A stretch of DNA of 64,000 nucleotides from Leucoraja ocellata (taxonomy: Eukaryota): assembly GCA_036785375.1 (NCBI GenBank), contig JAWMAR010000167.1, positions 3,348,001 through 3,412,000 on the forward strand. The letters are read 5' to 3'. Under the pieces are notes generated by a model. That model searched no databases and was not told the origin of the DNA. It saw only the letters and a list, made by a program, of their open reading frames with translations. The position numbers were made by a program, and so were the translations under genes. Below, piece by piece: positions 25,400 to 37,152 of this stretch; within the stretch, counting starts at the first letter, position 1; every line of letters starts with the position of its first letter.

Positions 25400-26035
25400 A
25401 CACGAGACATCTACAGTTTGGAAGCCTCGCCTTGCTTCAAAGGAAAAGTTGCTCTACAGGCACCTTGAGGTCAAAGTCAGCAGAGATCCTATGTCCAGAA
25501 GAACAGAAAAGGAAGACCACAAGGTCGACGTGCACAGCATCCTCTGCCAGGTCACCCTTCCCAGCATTGAGACCCTAATTATTTTTAGTTGTCCCTGTTG
25601 GGCTGACCATATTTTTCTCATATCCAGCACCAGCCATGTGAAATGGATGCTCAATTGTAAGCTCAGTACATGGGAAGATGCCATCACGTTGACAGGAGAG
25701 GATTGAGGGAGTTCTCAAATCATCTTTGAGGTGAAAATGTATCACCCCCCCTGAGTCCTGGCAATGTAAGGTCCATGACTGGTCAAAATGGCAAGGTATT
25801 TGGAATGACTTTCAAATCTTGAGTCGACAAGTCAGTAGCATACGGAAGTCCAATCTAAATAGTAGGAGGACTAGGGGATTTCACAAACCACCTACCTACT
25901 TAACGGATAGACATCACCTGCCCTGCCCCATGTGTGGGAGCAACTGCCTTTCCTGCAGTAGCATTGTAAATCACTTCAGAACTCTAGATATTGGCGTGAA
26001 GGCAAGTCATCCTCCATCTCAAGGGACTGCCTGGA
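25400..26035 (+). mobile_element. RTE-like LINE 3' remnant
   Basis: Degenerate CPMCGSNC...NHFRT zinc-finger-like end and caagtcatcctc...agggactgcct terminus. Confidence 0.5.
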
Positions 26036-26170
26036 ATGTTAGCTTGACAGTAACATTTGCATTAAGAGATGATGAATGATCAGACCCCACGTTATCCAAT
26101 ATGGGAAAGCAGAAATACCATTTGAAAATGCTTTTCGAAACAGCGGTGAATCTTATCTATAGGCTAGCTA

Positions 26171-26476
26171 TTTAGTTTAGTTTAGAGATAGAGTGCGTCA
26201 ACAGACCCTTCGGCCCACTGTGCACGCCAACCAGTGATCCCGTAAACACTAGAACTCCTACATACAATGGACAATTTATATATATTTTTAACCAAAGCCA
26301 ATTAACCTACGAACCTGTACGTCTTTGGAGTGTAGGAGGAAACCAGAGCACCCGGAGAAAACCCACGTGGTCACAGGAAGAACGTACAAACTCCGTACAG
26401 ACAACATCCGTAGTCAGGATTGAACCTGAGTCTCTGGAGCTTTAAGGCAGCAACTCTCGCTGCTCCACCGTGCCGC
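26171..26476 (-). mobile_element. V-SINE
   Basis: Near full-length copy. Confidence 0.88.
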
Positions 26477-26517
26477 AGTATAGAAGTATTTAAAATGGAG
26501 TTTATAAGTTTTGCAAG

Positions 26518-26593
26518 GATTGGGGGTTTGATAGCTATGGGGATCTGGAAAATGACCATTTTCCAGATTCCCATAGCTATCAAACCCCCAATC
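26518..26593. repeat. 37-bp-arm inverted repeat with 2-nt spacer
   Basis: Arms 26518-26554 and 26557-26593, one mismatch. Confidence 0.95.
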
Positions 26594-28312
26594 AACTCTG
26601 TCCAAACCCCCAATCAACTCTGTCCAGATGCCTGATGTGGATCTGCCATGATTTTATTGAATAGTGGAGTAGGCTCAAGGGACCAGGTGGCCTACTCTTG
26701 CTGGTTTTTGTGTGAGTTCTTGTGTTTGATTTTTCTTGAGAAAGACACTTTGGATTAAAATATACCTGCAAAATATACTTCAGCCCAATTATGTCAGTGT
26801 TTTGATTAATATACCTTGTATTTCATGCTGTTTCAAATCAGGATTTCCTCCATGCCTAGTGCGATCTTTGTTTCTTAGCAATCTTGTTCTCAGTGGATAT
26901 CAAGAATCATTAAATTAAATTCTTCTGCTTATAGGATTCTTTTTATTTTTACCACAAACTAGCAGGGTACAAGTGGAACACTCAGGCTTTCCTTCTCTTC
27001 ACAAATTATGAAAAAACTTTTATTTACTGAAAGGTATCATCATAATCTTTTATAAGTGTTTACCTTATGATAAGGACGTTCTTTGGGTTCTTGATTTAGC
27101 TGGCTAAGGTAGATGCAAAACATTCCTTCTGTGTTATGCATGTATTTGCGTGCTGATCTTTGAGAATGGTTGGGTGATTAAAGCCTATTTTTCGTCCATA
27201 TTTGCGACGATTAAGTAACGAAGGGGAAAACTCTTATTGTTAAGGTGAAATGCTAGTGAATATTGGTGTTTTTATTCTTGATGTGATGCATCAGCTTTGT
27301 TTGTTTTTGCGAGGCGTTGTAATAGATGACTTCTCCCTTTAGGCCTGAGATACTTAAAGGGCAAAGGAATGATTGAATAAAGCCTGTTTATTCTGGTTCA
27401 CAGCATCCATTCACACAGGACAATGCTGCTTGTTTGATGAATGCTTTTTAAGTTCAGATTAGAAACAGAAAGCTGTTGCAAATTGAATGAAGTGAACATT
27501 TTGGAACTATATATAAACATTTAGCTGACACATCTCCAAGGGGGAGATTTTATAGAAAAGTTCATGGTTTACAAAGAAAGAACTGAAGCAGTGATGCAAA
27601 GGTTCTTGGAAATGTTAAGTCCGTGCTTCATTTGATGTAGGAAAAGAACTTAGTGTGTAAAACCAACCCCTGTGCATTCAAATAAGCACAAATGTGAGTG
27701 GAGCTGATGTTATTTGACTAGAAAAACAACCCCTGAATGCCAAGTTAAAACTAAACTTTAGGAATCAAAATGAAAGTTTGCACAGAGTAAACCACGTAAC
27801 AGTCATGCAAGTCAAAGGTCACTGTGAATGCACAAGCAAAGAGGTTGTTTTTTTCACTTTTTGGAAAGTTTCTGAGTCAAAAGACAACTTGGATGTTTGA
27901 ATGCTGATTTTTGTACATAAATCAAGTCTTTAAATTGTGGCAACTTTGTGTAATGCTTGGAATTTAACTTGCCTTTTACAAGTATGAACTTATTTTGCAC
28001 CACAGGTAATGTACTGTCATTGATTAGTTTTTGTGGATTATTTGACAATGTTGCTCACTTCTCTGAAACCAGGCGTAGCATTTTATTGAATGGTTTATTA
28101 TATATTTCATTATTCGTCTTGGAATTATTTAATTTTTCAAAATGTTATTTTTTTGGCTTATGTTTGTTAACTCATTACATTGCACATCAAATAACAAGCT
28201 GTTAAACTCCTGCAGCGGCATGTGATATTTTCACGCCTTACATTTATTTCTTGTTGAAAATAACCATTATTCTGTACTGGAAGGCTTCCTATCAAAACAT
28301 CCCACATTAGTA

Positions 28313-28580
28313 TTGTTCCCAGGATGGAAAGATCTAATACTAGAGGGCATAGCTTCAAGGTGAGCGGCAAATAAAAGGAGATGTACAGGGAATGTTTTTT
28401 TTTTACACAGAGAGAGGTGAGTGCGTGGAATTCGCTGCCAGGGGGTGGTGTTGAAGGCAGATATGATTGTGGCATTTAAGAGACTTTTGGATATATACAT
28501 ATGGATGTGCGGGGAATGGAGGGATTTGGATTATGTGCTGGCATCATGTGATAGTTTTGGCATCATGTTCAGCATAGACA
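28313..28580 (+). mobile_element. CR1-like LINE 3' end
   Basis: TRGHSFKV...FFTQRE...WNSLP-type sequence. Confidence 0.8.
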
Positions 28581-28624
28581 TTGTGTACCATGTCAGACGC
28601 CTTGCCTTGGCTTGCCATGTCAGC

Positions 28625-28730
28625 TGTACCATGTCTGCCACTTTGCCTTCATTCATTTTCTTAGTGACCTCCCATAAAATAACTTCAATCAGATTTGTTA
28701 GGCAAGATTTCACATGCACCAAACCATGTT
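28625..28730 (-). mobile_element. CR1-like reverse transcriptase fragment
   Basis: KSCLTNLIEV...VTKKMNEGKVAD peptide (ORF 28531..28722). Confidence 0.7.
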
Positions 28731-30654
28731 GACTTCACCTTTGCAGCCCCTGCCTTTCCATTTGATCATAAATCCTATTCATATGAATGTTTCCCTTCTG
28801 CTGGCATAAGGCTCACTGATCTGCAGTTTCCCACTGCTCTTCTTCAATATGGAAACAATGTTAGCTTTCCTCTAGTCTTCCAATACCTCACCCATGGCTC
28901 ACGTTGATGCGACAATCTCCCTGCCCTTGCAATCTCTTTCCTTGCTTCTACCTTTACATGCATCAATATCTGTAACATTTCCTCTTTCCTGATAGACACA
29001 TTTCCAGACAATTATCATTCTCCATTAACTCTCCATTCTCTCCGGTGAATACTGCTACAAACTATTAATTCAGGACGCTGCACATATCCCTTGGCTCCTC
29101 ATTAGATTTGCCTTTTGGTTCCTGAAGGAACCTACTCTTTCCCTGCCTACCTCGCTTGTAATATATTTGAGAAGTTTTAGAATTCTCTTTTATTCTGTTG
29201 ACTAGGGCTATTTCACATCCCCTATATGTCCTGATCACATTTGATTGTTGCCTTCACAATTGTTGCCTGTTATCTATGCTAAGTATTTCCACCATTTTCT
29301 GATTTTGAAGCCAAAGGTTTTATTAGACTGCTTCTGCTTTCCTTTGAGTGCTCATCTTTTTCAATCTAATTTGAGGTTAATCGTGTTGTCATTGAAAGGG
29401 CCAAATGAGTCTCCTGTTTTTAAGCTGCCAGATCCTGTTTTTTTTGTTGTAGTTGGTCCCAAGCCTATTAGAGCTACTAAACCCATCGTGCAAAGGTTTT
29501 GTTACTTGGGTGTGAAACAGTTGTTGAACGTCCTCTTATAAAACTTTAAGGCAGGGAAGTATAAGTGATGATTACAAAATTTTCCCTCAAGAAATGTTTG
29601 TTGTTTCCTAATTATGTTAATTTATTTCTGCAATGGAACCTTTCTTTATTGCAATCATATTTAAAACATATTTTAAACAAATTTAAAATGTTTTCAACTG
29701 TGGTAATTTATTAACTATTTCAATGTAAAGAAGCATTTCCAAGCTAATTTGCATGCTGTAGCATAACGCGGTGCTCTAAAGCTAGATTTGGTGTTTAAAG
29801 TTTAAACATTTCCCTTTTCAACTCTGAGACTGAAATTGTGTGTTTAGAATTTCCTTGCTTTTCAATTGCAGTAGGATGTATGGTTTATTTACAGTTTTTT
29901 CTTAATAATTCTAACTCATTTGAGACAGAGTGTAAATTGATTTTATTTGGTAAATGGATTTTACTAAACATTATGATGGCAGGTGAATTGTAAGATTCAA
30001 GTAAATGTGGTTTTAAGAAAGGCAAATCAACCAACCTATATTTATGATGATCCTAAATTGAATCACAAGAGATGTTTCAAAGCACTTTTCATCAATCCTT
30101 TTGAATGGTATAATTTGGTCACTCCAATGTTGTAGCCTGAACAGAAGGTCAGTGGAATACATCACATAACTTATCCAGCTGATGTTGAACTGAAATGGAG
30201 GGAGTGAGGGCTTACCAAATTGTGTTTGGCTTGTTACAGTTATTGCAAGAGATTCTCACATTTTGGGGACAGATATTTTGAGTAACGTATGGAGTGAACA
30301 ATGTATTTCCAGAAAAATAAAGAATTCTGACATTATCCAGTAGCTCTGACAGCGTTGCGCTGAACAGGATGATTACATGTAATGTCAAACAATATCTGGT
30401 ATATATTAATTGCAAAATAACATTATTACAAGAGTTGCAACTGTTGTGATTTATCTTATTGTGACCCATTTATTTCCTTTCATTCATGACATGACTAAAA
30501 AAAAAAGCTCAAAGTGCATATGCATTCTTCATAATCAAGCATCTATACAGATAAGTTCAGATAGTGGAAAATGATGGGGAAAAGGGGGTCCTGTGTTCTG
30601 AAATGAGCCTGGCCAAGCTTCAGTGAATATATATATTCCACTGAAGCTTGGGTT

Positions 30655-30845
30655 GGTTAGTAGGTTTGCAAATAGTACCAAAATTACTGGAATCGTGGAC
30701 AATGAGAAAGCCTATCAAAGTATACAGCAGGCTATAGATAAACTACAGCAATGGGCAGGTGGATAGAGGTTAATCCGAGCAAGTGTGAGGTGTTGCACTT
30801 TGGGAGGCCGAATGAAAGGGGAAAATATATAATTAACGGCAAGAG
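30655..30845 (+). mobile_element. CR1-like RT fragment
   Basis: Degenerate FADDTK region and KCEVLHFG motif (aagtgtgaggtgttgcactttggg). Confidence 0.7.
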
Positions 30846-32614
30846 ACAGTTCTTATGCTGTACTGTTCAATCTTAAAAGCTTTTGAGCTTTGGTGGTTAT
30901 GGTAGTATAGTTTTGAGGATTCCCCCGTGATTAGGGCACCCAAACAGTACAGTTACATCTTTAAGAGTCTGTATTTGAACTAACTCAACAACTACACTTA
31001 TGATTAAAACTGTTGTTTAATGAAATGCTCAGATAGACTCAATAAAGTTGTCATTTAGGTGCTTCAGTTGCATGTCCTTTCTGATGTTTGCTGCACACTG
31101 GTTTCCAATAACTGAAGGTTGGCAGCTCCACTCATTTCTAGATGTGTAGCACCATCTAATGCAAATTGTGAAAACTGCTGATTCTCCAAACGGTTTTGGA
31201 GATGGATCTGGTTTTTATACAAATTGATTTTTGTTCTGCAGCCCAATTTGTTTTAGCCCAGTGCTAAATTATCAACTCAGATGTTGTATATGAGTCTTTA
31301 TGAGTCCGTAGCAGCAGCAAAACCTATTAGGCTGAATCATTTGCCCTAAAAACATCATCATGCATTATTATGGAAACAACATAATTCAAACATATGATAT
31401 GGTCATTATTACTTTACTGCTTTTGGGACTTTCATCTGTGTAGAATTGGTCACTACTACATTTGTGACACTTTAATAAAATCTGCATTTCAAAAATACTT
31501 TGAATGCAAGCAAAGCACTTTGATCCTGTGATTCTGAAAAGCATTAAGTAAATGCAAATCTTTCATTAATTTTCAAGTAACTACAACAAAAATCAAATGT
31601 TGTCTACTTTATATTGCACTGGCTTTCTTAGATTTAAACTCGCTAAGTTGGTGTGCACCTCATTGAATGTCGAATGTAGCTTATTCAGTGCAAAAGAAAA
31701 AAAAAACACCCATTTTAAAGTGATTTTTAAAATTGAAGCATCTTTTAAACAGTGTTGTACTGTACCAGTGCATGCTGATGGAAGCTGATATGCCAGTTGG
31801 CTTTCTGTGAATGCCTCTATTTGCAAATGTTCGCTTTAAATAGTCAGATAGGGAGATCGGAATTGCAAGACATCTCATGAACAGAAGAGACCAGGTAGGC
31901 GAGTCTTGAGACAGTAGCAACAAACTAAAGTTTGAAAATTATTACATCGAGGTAGTTTTTTTAAAGTTTTTTTTGAGTGACTTGCATAAAGTCATAGTGT
32001 GTATGACACAGAAACAAGTACTTTAGCCCTCTTCATCTATGCTGATCTTTTTGCTCATCAACATTCACCCCATTTTCCAACAGTTCATTTGATTGTGAGC
32101 TTTGCCTTATTCTCAACAAGTACTGAACAGTGATCACTCTGATTTATTTATATGTAACAAACCATACTATGCAGAGATTTCCTCATTAGTTTAAGAGTGA
32201 TATCTCTGCTATTTTCATGACTTCAGGTGTTGGAATTTGATGCTTTATTCTATAATTTTCATATGTGTTCACACTTTGGGTGAGGTTTTCACTGCTCAGA
32301 GCTAAAACAGGATGAAAGACTCCTTTCATTTGCAGCAGAAAAACTTTGCAGGATGTGGATTATTATTCTAAACAATGCAGTAAATTATTTTTGTGTAGAT
32401 ATTCCATTATAAGATCATCATAAAGCTTTATCCTTTCATCATTAATTGCAGCGAGCATAGCTTCATTTTTCCCTTATTTCAGTGGGTTTGAGCAGTAAAA
32501 TGCATCTGGTGTGCAGGGTCTATTCTACAACAAGGAGTGGATAACTGCTTTTGAGCTGAGCGGCATTGCCAGATAAAGGAGAGAGTCGGTAGGATTGGCC
32601 TTTTTTTATCTGAA

Positions 32615-32714
32615 AATAAACACAAAATGTTGATGTAACAGCGGTAACTGAGTTACTCCATCATTTGGTGTCTATCTTTGTAAACTAGCATCTGCAGTTC
32701 TTTCCTACGCGATA
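32615..32714 (+). mobile_element. Short Penelope-like insertion with fold-back
   Basis: 9-bp TSD ttatctgaa at 32606-32614 and 32715-32723. Confidence 0.7.
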
Positions 32715-32828
32715 TTATCTGAAGTTTGGAAGTATGGCAAGTGATGTCATTGAATCAAAGGAGTCTGGGAGGGATTGTCAAGCTGTTTCACCTGGATGGA
32801 GAGTCTCAAGGTCAAAGGCTAGCCATCC

Positions 32829-32950
32829 AGAAACATAGAAAATAGGTGCAGGAGTAGGCCATTCGGCCCTTCGAGCCTGCACCGCCATTCAATATGATCA
32901 TGGCTGATCATCCAACTCAGTATCCTGTACCTGCCTTCTCTCCATACCTC
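32829..32950 (-). mobile_element. CR1-like LINE 3' end
   Basis: agaaacatagaaaataggtgcaggagtaggccattcggccc terminus, reverse complement of the ends at 14165 and 58702. Confidence 0.85.
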
Positions 32951-33319
32951 CTAACTAAAATATGAATTGTGATTCTTTGTTATCTTTGGAAATATCTTTC
33001 TAAAATGGCTGCAAATGCTCAGTTATCAATTAAACACAAGATTGTGCTCGGCAAATTTACTTTTGCTTTGCAAGGAATTGAAAGGCAAAGGAATCAATCA
33101 AAAGTAGAATTAAAATTGAAGTTCAAATATGATTGTGTAGAAATTTCTACTATAACTTGTGTTCCTAAGAAACCTCGCATTATAAGAAATGCACGTAACG
33201 GCTGGCAGAGCTACACATGGGCAGATTTAACCTCTCCCTACTCATTGTGAGGTTCCAACCTACCCGACGAAGATTGCTATCATCCTAATGCCAAAGAAGA
33301 GGTAGCATGCCCTACTGAC

Positions 33320-33500
33320 GATCGTCCGATGGCTCCAATATCCACCATCATGAAATGCTTCGCGAGACTAATCATGGTGAACATGCAGTCTCCCTGACAG
33401 CTATGACCCATTGCAATTCATCTACTGCAGCCACAGATGCCACCTCACGGCCCATTCACTTATCCCTGGAACAACTGGATATTAAGGACACCTATGACAG
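33320..33500 (+). mobile_element. Rex1/Babar-like RT fragment
   Basis: DDRPMAPISTIMKCFARLIM resembles the DYRPVALT..MKCFERL motif. Confidence 0.6.
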
Positions 33501-33764
33501 ACTGCTGAGACCAAAAGGAATAGTTTGCATTAAAAGTTGGGTTTTAAGGAGGATTTAGTTTTATTTTAGTGTATCATTTTACCGTTCCAATAAATTATTT
33601 TATATAGGTGTGGAGCTGCAAGAAATGTACTTAATTTCCATTATATGATATTTCATTATATAATCTCCCATTGCACAATTAAGATCTGACATCAATGTGT
33701 TAATTTTTATGAAGAATATATTCTGTTTCTTGTAATATAGGAAATAACTAACAGGAACTTTTTG

Positions 33765-33952
33765 AAGGTAGACAAAAGTGCTGGAGAAACTCAGTGGGTG
33801 CAGCAGCATCTATGGAGCGAAGGAAATAGGCAACGTTTCAGCCCGAAACGTTGCTTATTTCCTTTGCTTCATAGATGCAGCTGTACCCGCTGAGTTTCTC
33901 CAGCACTTTTGTCTACCTTTGATTTTCCAGCATCTGCAGTTCCTTCTTAAAC
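33765..33952 (+). mobile_element. Penelope-like fold-back insertion
   Basis: About 75-bp inverted arms 33765-33839 and 33845-33919 plus family 3' end. Confidence 0.85.
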
Positions 33953-34096
33953 TCTTAGAAACTCTTTGAAGTTCAGCAAATCAGGAGCAATAAGGAGTAA
34001 AATGTGATTATGTAAACAATTCAAAATCATTCAAATGTTATCTCAAGATTTAAACCAGAGTAGATTCATTTACATTTTTTTTTTTTTGCTTTGCAG

Positions 34097-34368
34097 GTTA
34101 TGAGGGAAAATGGCTCATCTGAGATTCTAAATAAACTATATGATACTGCCATGGATAAATTAGAAGGCTTAAAGAAAGACTATGATGCACTGAGAAAGCG
34201 GTACAATGAGAAGGTTGCCAACCACAACACTGACCTCAGCCGCTTGGAGCGGATCGACGAGGATAATCGACGATTTCAGAAACAGAATGAGATGCTCATG
34301 AAGCAAACAGATGCTGCTGTTGTGGAGAAAACATCTGTCCAGCAACAATATTTATCTACACTGAAAAG
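34097..34368 (+). CDS. DLG5: DLG5 exon, VMRENGSSEILNKLYDTAMDKLE...QQYLSTLKR
   Basis: poly-T plus ttgcag acceptor, AG|gtgaag donor, 272 nt, phase 0-2; conserved GSSEILNKLYDTAMDKLE motif. Confidence 0.96.
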
Positions 34369-34615
34369 GTGAAGGGCTACCCTGACACACGGGTTATAAT
34401 ACGAATCTGGGATTGAATCCAATCGGATTGTTGAGAAGTCAGAGTTGTAGAACCGTTTTCTTTTAGTCACTTTCATAGAGTTACGTAACACAGAAATGGA
34501 CCCATCACACCCAAGCCATGCTGACCATTGTACCTCTTAATACTAATCCCGTTTGCCCACATTGAGTCCAATACTTTTATGTCTTGGCTATTAATTCCTC
34601 TTAAATGTTATCTCA

Positions 34616-34843
34616 AGGGCCTGTCCCACTTTCACAACCTAATTCGCGACCTCCGCCGAGTTTGCCCTTGACTCGTACTCGCAGCATGGTCGTCACGAGG
34701 TCGTAGGTTGGTCGTAGCAGGTCGTGATGCTAGTCGTTAGTACTTGTGGCATCAAGTAGGTCGGGGCGTTTTTTCAACATGATGAAAAATGTCCACGAGT
34801 AAAAAAAGGTCATGAATTAGGTCGTGAATGTGGGACAGGCCCT
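34616..34843. mobile_element. MITE, PIF/Harbinger-like
   Basis: TIRs agggcctgtcccac...gtgggacaggccct, related to the MITE at 24882. Confidence 0.85.
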
Positions 34844-34930
34844 TTATCTATCCCTTTGGCAATGCAGTCCACACATCAGCCACTCTTTATGGGGGATTGT
34901 TCTTGGCTAAATACTTTATTTAGTATTAAT

Positions 34931-35226
34931 AACCATATAACCATATAACAATTACAGCACGGAAACAGGCCATCTCGACCCTTCTAGTCCGTGCCGAACA
35001 CATAATCTCCCCTAGTCCCATATACCTGCGCTCAGACCATAACCCTCCATTCCCTTCCCATCCATATAACTATCCAATTTATTTTTAAATGATAAAAACG
35101 AACCTGCCTCCACCACCTTCACTGGAAGCTCATTCCACACAGCTACCACTCTCTGAGTAAAGAAGTTCCCCCTCATGTTACCCCTAAACTTCAGTCCCTT
35201 AATTCTCAAGTCATGTCCCCTTGTTT
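34931..35226 (-). mobile_element. CR1-like LINE 3' end
   Basis: TRGHDLRIKG...FFTQRVVAVWNELP...KLDSYM (ORF 35012..35269) and an 8-bp tandem tail. Confidence 0.9.
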
Positions 35227-36081
35227 GATGTTGAATGTTGAACTTAATGTTGAACTTAACACAAAACAAGTCCTTTTGCTCGTCATGTCTATCCCAAGAG
35301 ACATCTCTGTAATGTTTTATGCAACTTATTAAACGTTAGCCTTTTAAGCTTTTGAAATATCTTCCACTTTATCTCTTATTCTATTACATTTAGAATAGTC
35401 TGGCATTTCTAATAAATCTGCCAAAAGTTTTATGCCTCAGCCACCATCCCATTAATTTGCTAACATAATGCAAATCTCCAAAAGTGAAAATTAAACTATG
35501 TAACTGGGAAATGCAACACTATAGATTTTACACCAAATTTAACATTTGATATTTAATGTGTGGCAAGTGCTAAAGTGGGACTGATGTGTTCCAATCTTGT
35601 CCGCTGCTGCCTTTTCTATGCAGGTTTATTAAATGTTAGACTTTTAGTGAGGGAGAGAAATTTCCAGATAAGGCTAAAGCTGATTAGGCATCCATTAACC
35701 TTCTATATTGCAATTCAAATGTTGTTTGGAAAGACATAATTTAAGCAGTTTTTAAAACTCCCCCATTTTCCCCTACCCCCAGTTTAAATCTGATTATTTT
35801 TCTTTGAATTCGAGAAACATAGCTTGAAAGCTATTCGCCATAACGACTATGTGTCATACCAAGTATATGAATGAGAATTGATTTTTGTTCAGGCAGTATA
35901 TTGACTTATACTTTAAAACTGTCCAACATTAAATGTCTTCACATAGTAATAATACTGTCAAGTTGGCTTTTGCAGAGTAATTGTAAAGAAGTATTTAAGT
36001 TTAAATAGCTAAATTACTCGGATTTTTGCTGAATCAACGTTAATTGCAATTAATTTATAGATTTTTATATTGTTTCTAAAG

Positions 36082-36394
36082 ATATGATTCAATACAGCAT
36101 GAATTAAGTAAAGCAACAGTACAGAACAAAGAGCTCCAGAGGGAAATGGAACGATTGCAAACGGAGGTGACTAGATACAAGACGTTGCAGCTGAAAGCAA
36201 TGAAGGATGCAGAGAAATACAAGGAAGAAAGGGATACAGTACTGAATGAATATCGACTGGTCATGAGCGAAAGAGACCAGGTGCATAAAGAGATTGATAA
36301 ACTGCAGACGGAACTGGAGTTGGCACAGGGTCATCTGAAAAACACCTCTTCAGAGAGAAAAGTGGCCGGTGAAGAACTTGAAGCCCTTAGACAG
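36082..36394 (+). CDS. DLG5: DLG5 exon, YDSIQHELSKATVQNKELQREMERLQ...EELEALRQ
   Basis: tttctaaag acceptor, CAG|gtgaga donor, 313 nt, phase 2-0. Confidence 0.95.
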
Positions 36395-36921
36395 GTGAGA
36401 CCCAATAGTGCCTTTTACTGCTTTTCTAGTATTTTAGCACTGTGGAATCCCTTATCTCTGATCTCTCCGTTTTCCCATTGCCTACAAATTATTCACACGA
36501 CTTTCTCTGAAAATTGTATTATGAACTTCAAAAGGGGACATGAGGTTCTGATAGGATTGGGTCCTCGCTGGTGTCACTATTGCCAGCTAATTTACTATCA
36601 CTAATAAATCTGCATCATTAGGACCAAACAAAATAGATCTCACAATGGAAGAGTTGAGTAACTAATGTCATTACTTGCTGGCAAGGGAGCACTAATACCT
36701 TTGTGATGTGTGCTCCTTGTAAAATGGAGAAAAGGGCATAATATAAGGTCTTCCCAACAGTTTATATAAATGCAATGTTTAAAATTAAAACATTCTGTTA
36801 CATATTTGTTGCAGCCCTTATTTTCCAGAATTAAAATTGCTCCTGGGAGCAGAATGTGAGAGAGTGCTTTTCTCATGTTGATGAAAATGGTGACATCACT
36901 TGTGTTGCAACTAAATTTCAG

Positions 36922-37152
36922 GAGCTTCATTCTGCGTTGGTAGAGCGAGATCATGCTATCTGTGAGAGGAATGAACTGCTGGAGAAATACTGCCATGAAG
37001 TGAAGGACAAAGCAGAAGCTCAAAAGGAGCTTGATCAGGCTTGTAAAGATATTGAGACTGTGAAAGAAGAGAGAGATGTTGCTAGGAAAGAAAGAACAGA
37101 AGCTATCATCCAGAGAGATCAGTTGCTGCGGGAGTACTACCAGGCTCGACAG
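36922..37152 (+). CDS. DLG5: DLG5 extra coiled-coil exon, ELHSALVERDHAICERNELLEKYCHEVKDK...QLLREYYQARQ
   Basis: tttcag acceptor, CAG|gtgaat donor, 231 nt, phase 0-0, open frame with coiled-coil composition. Confidence 0.92.
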
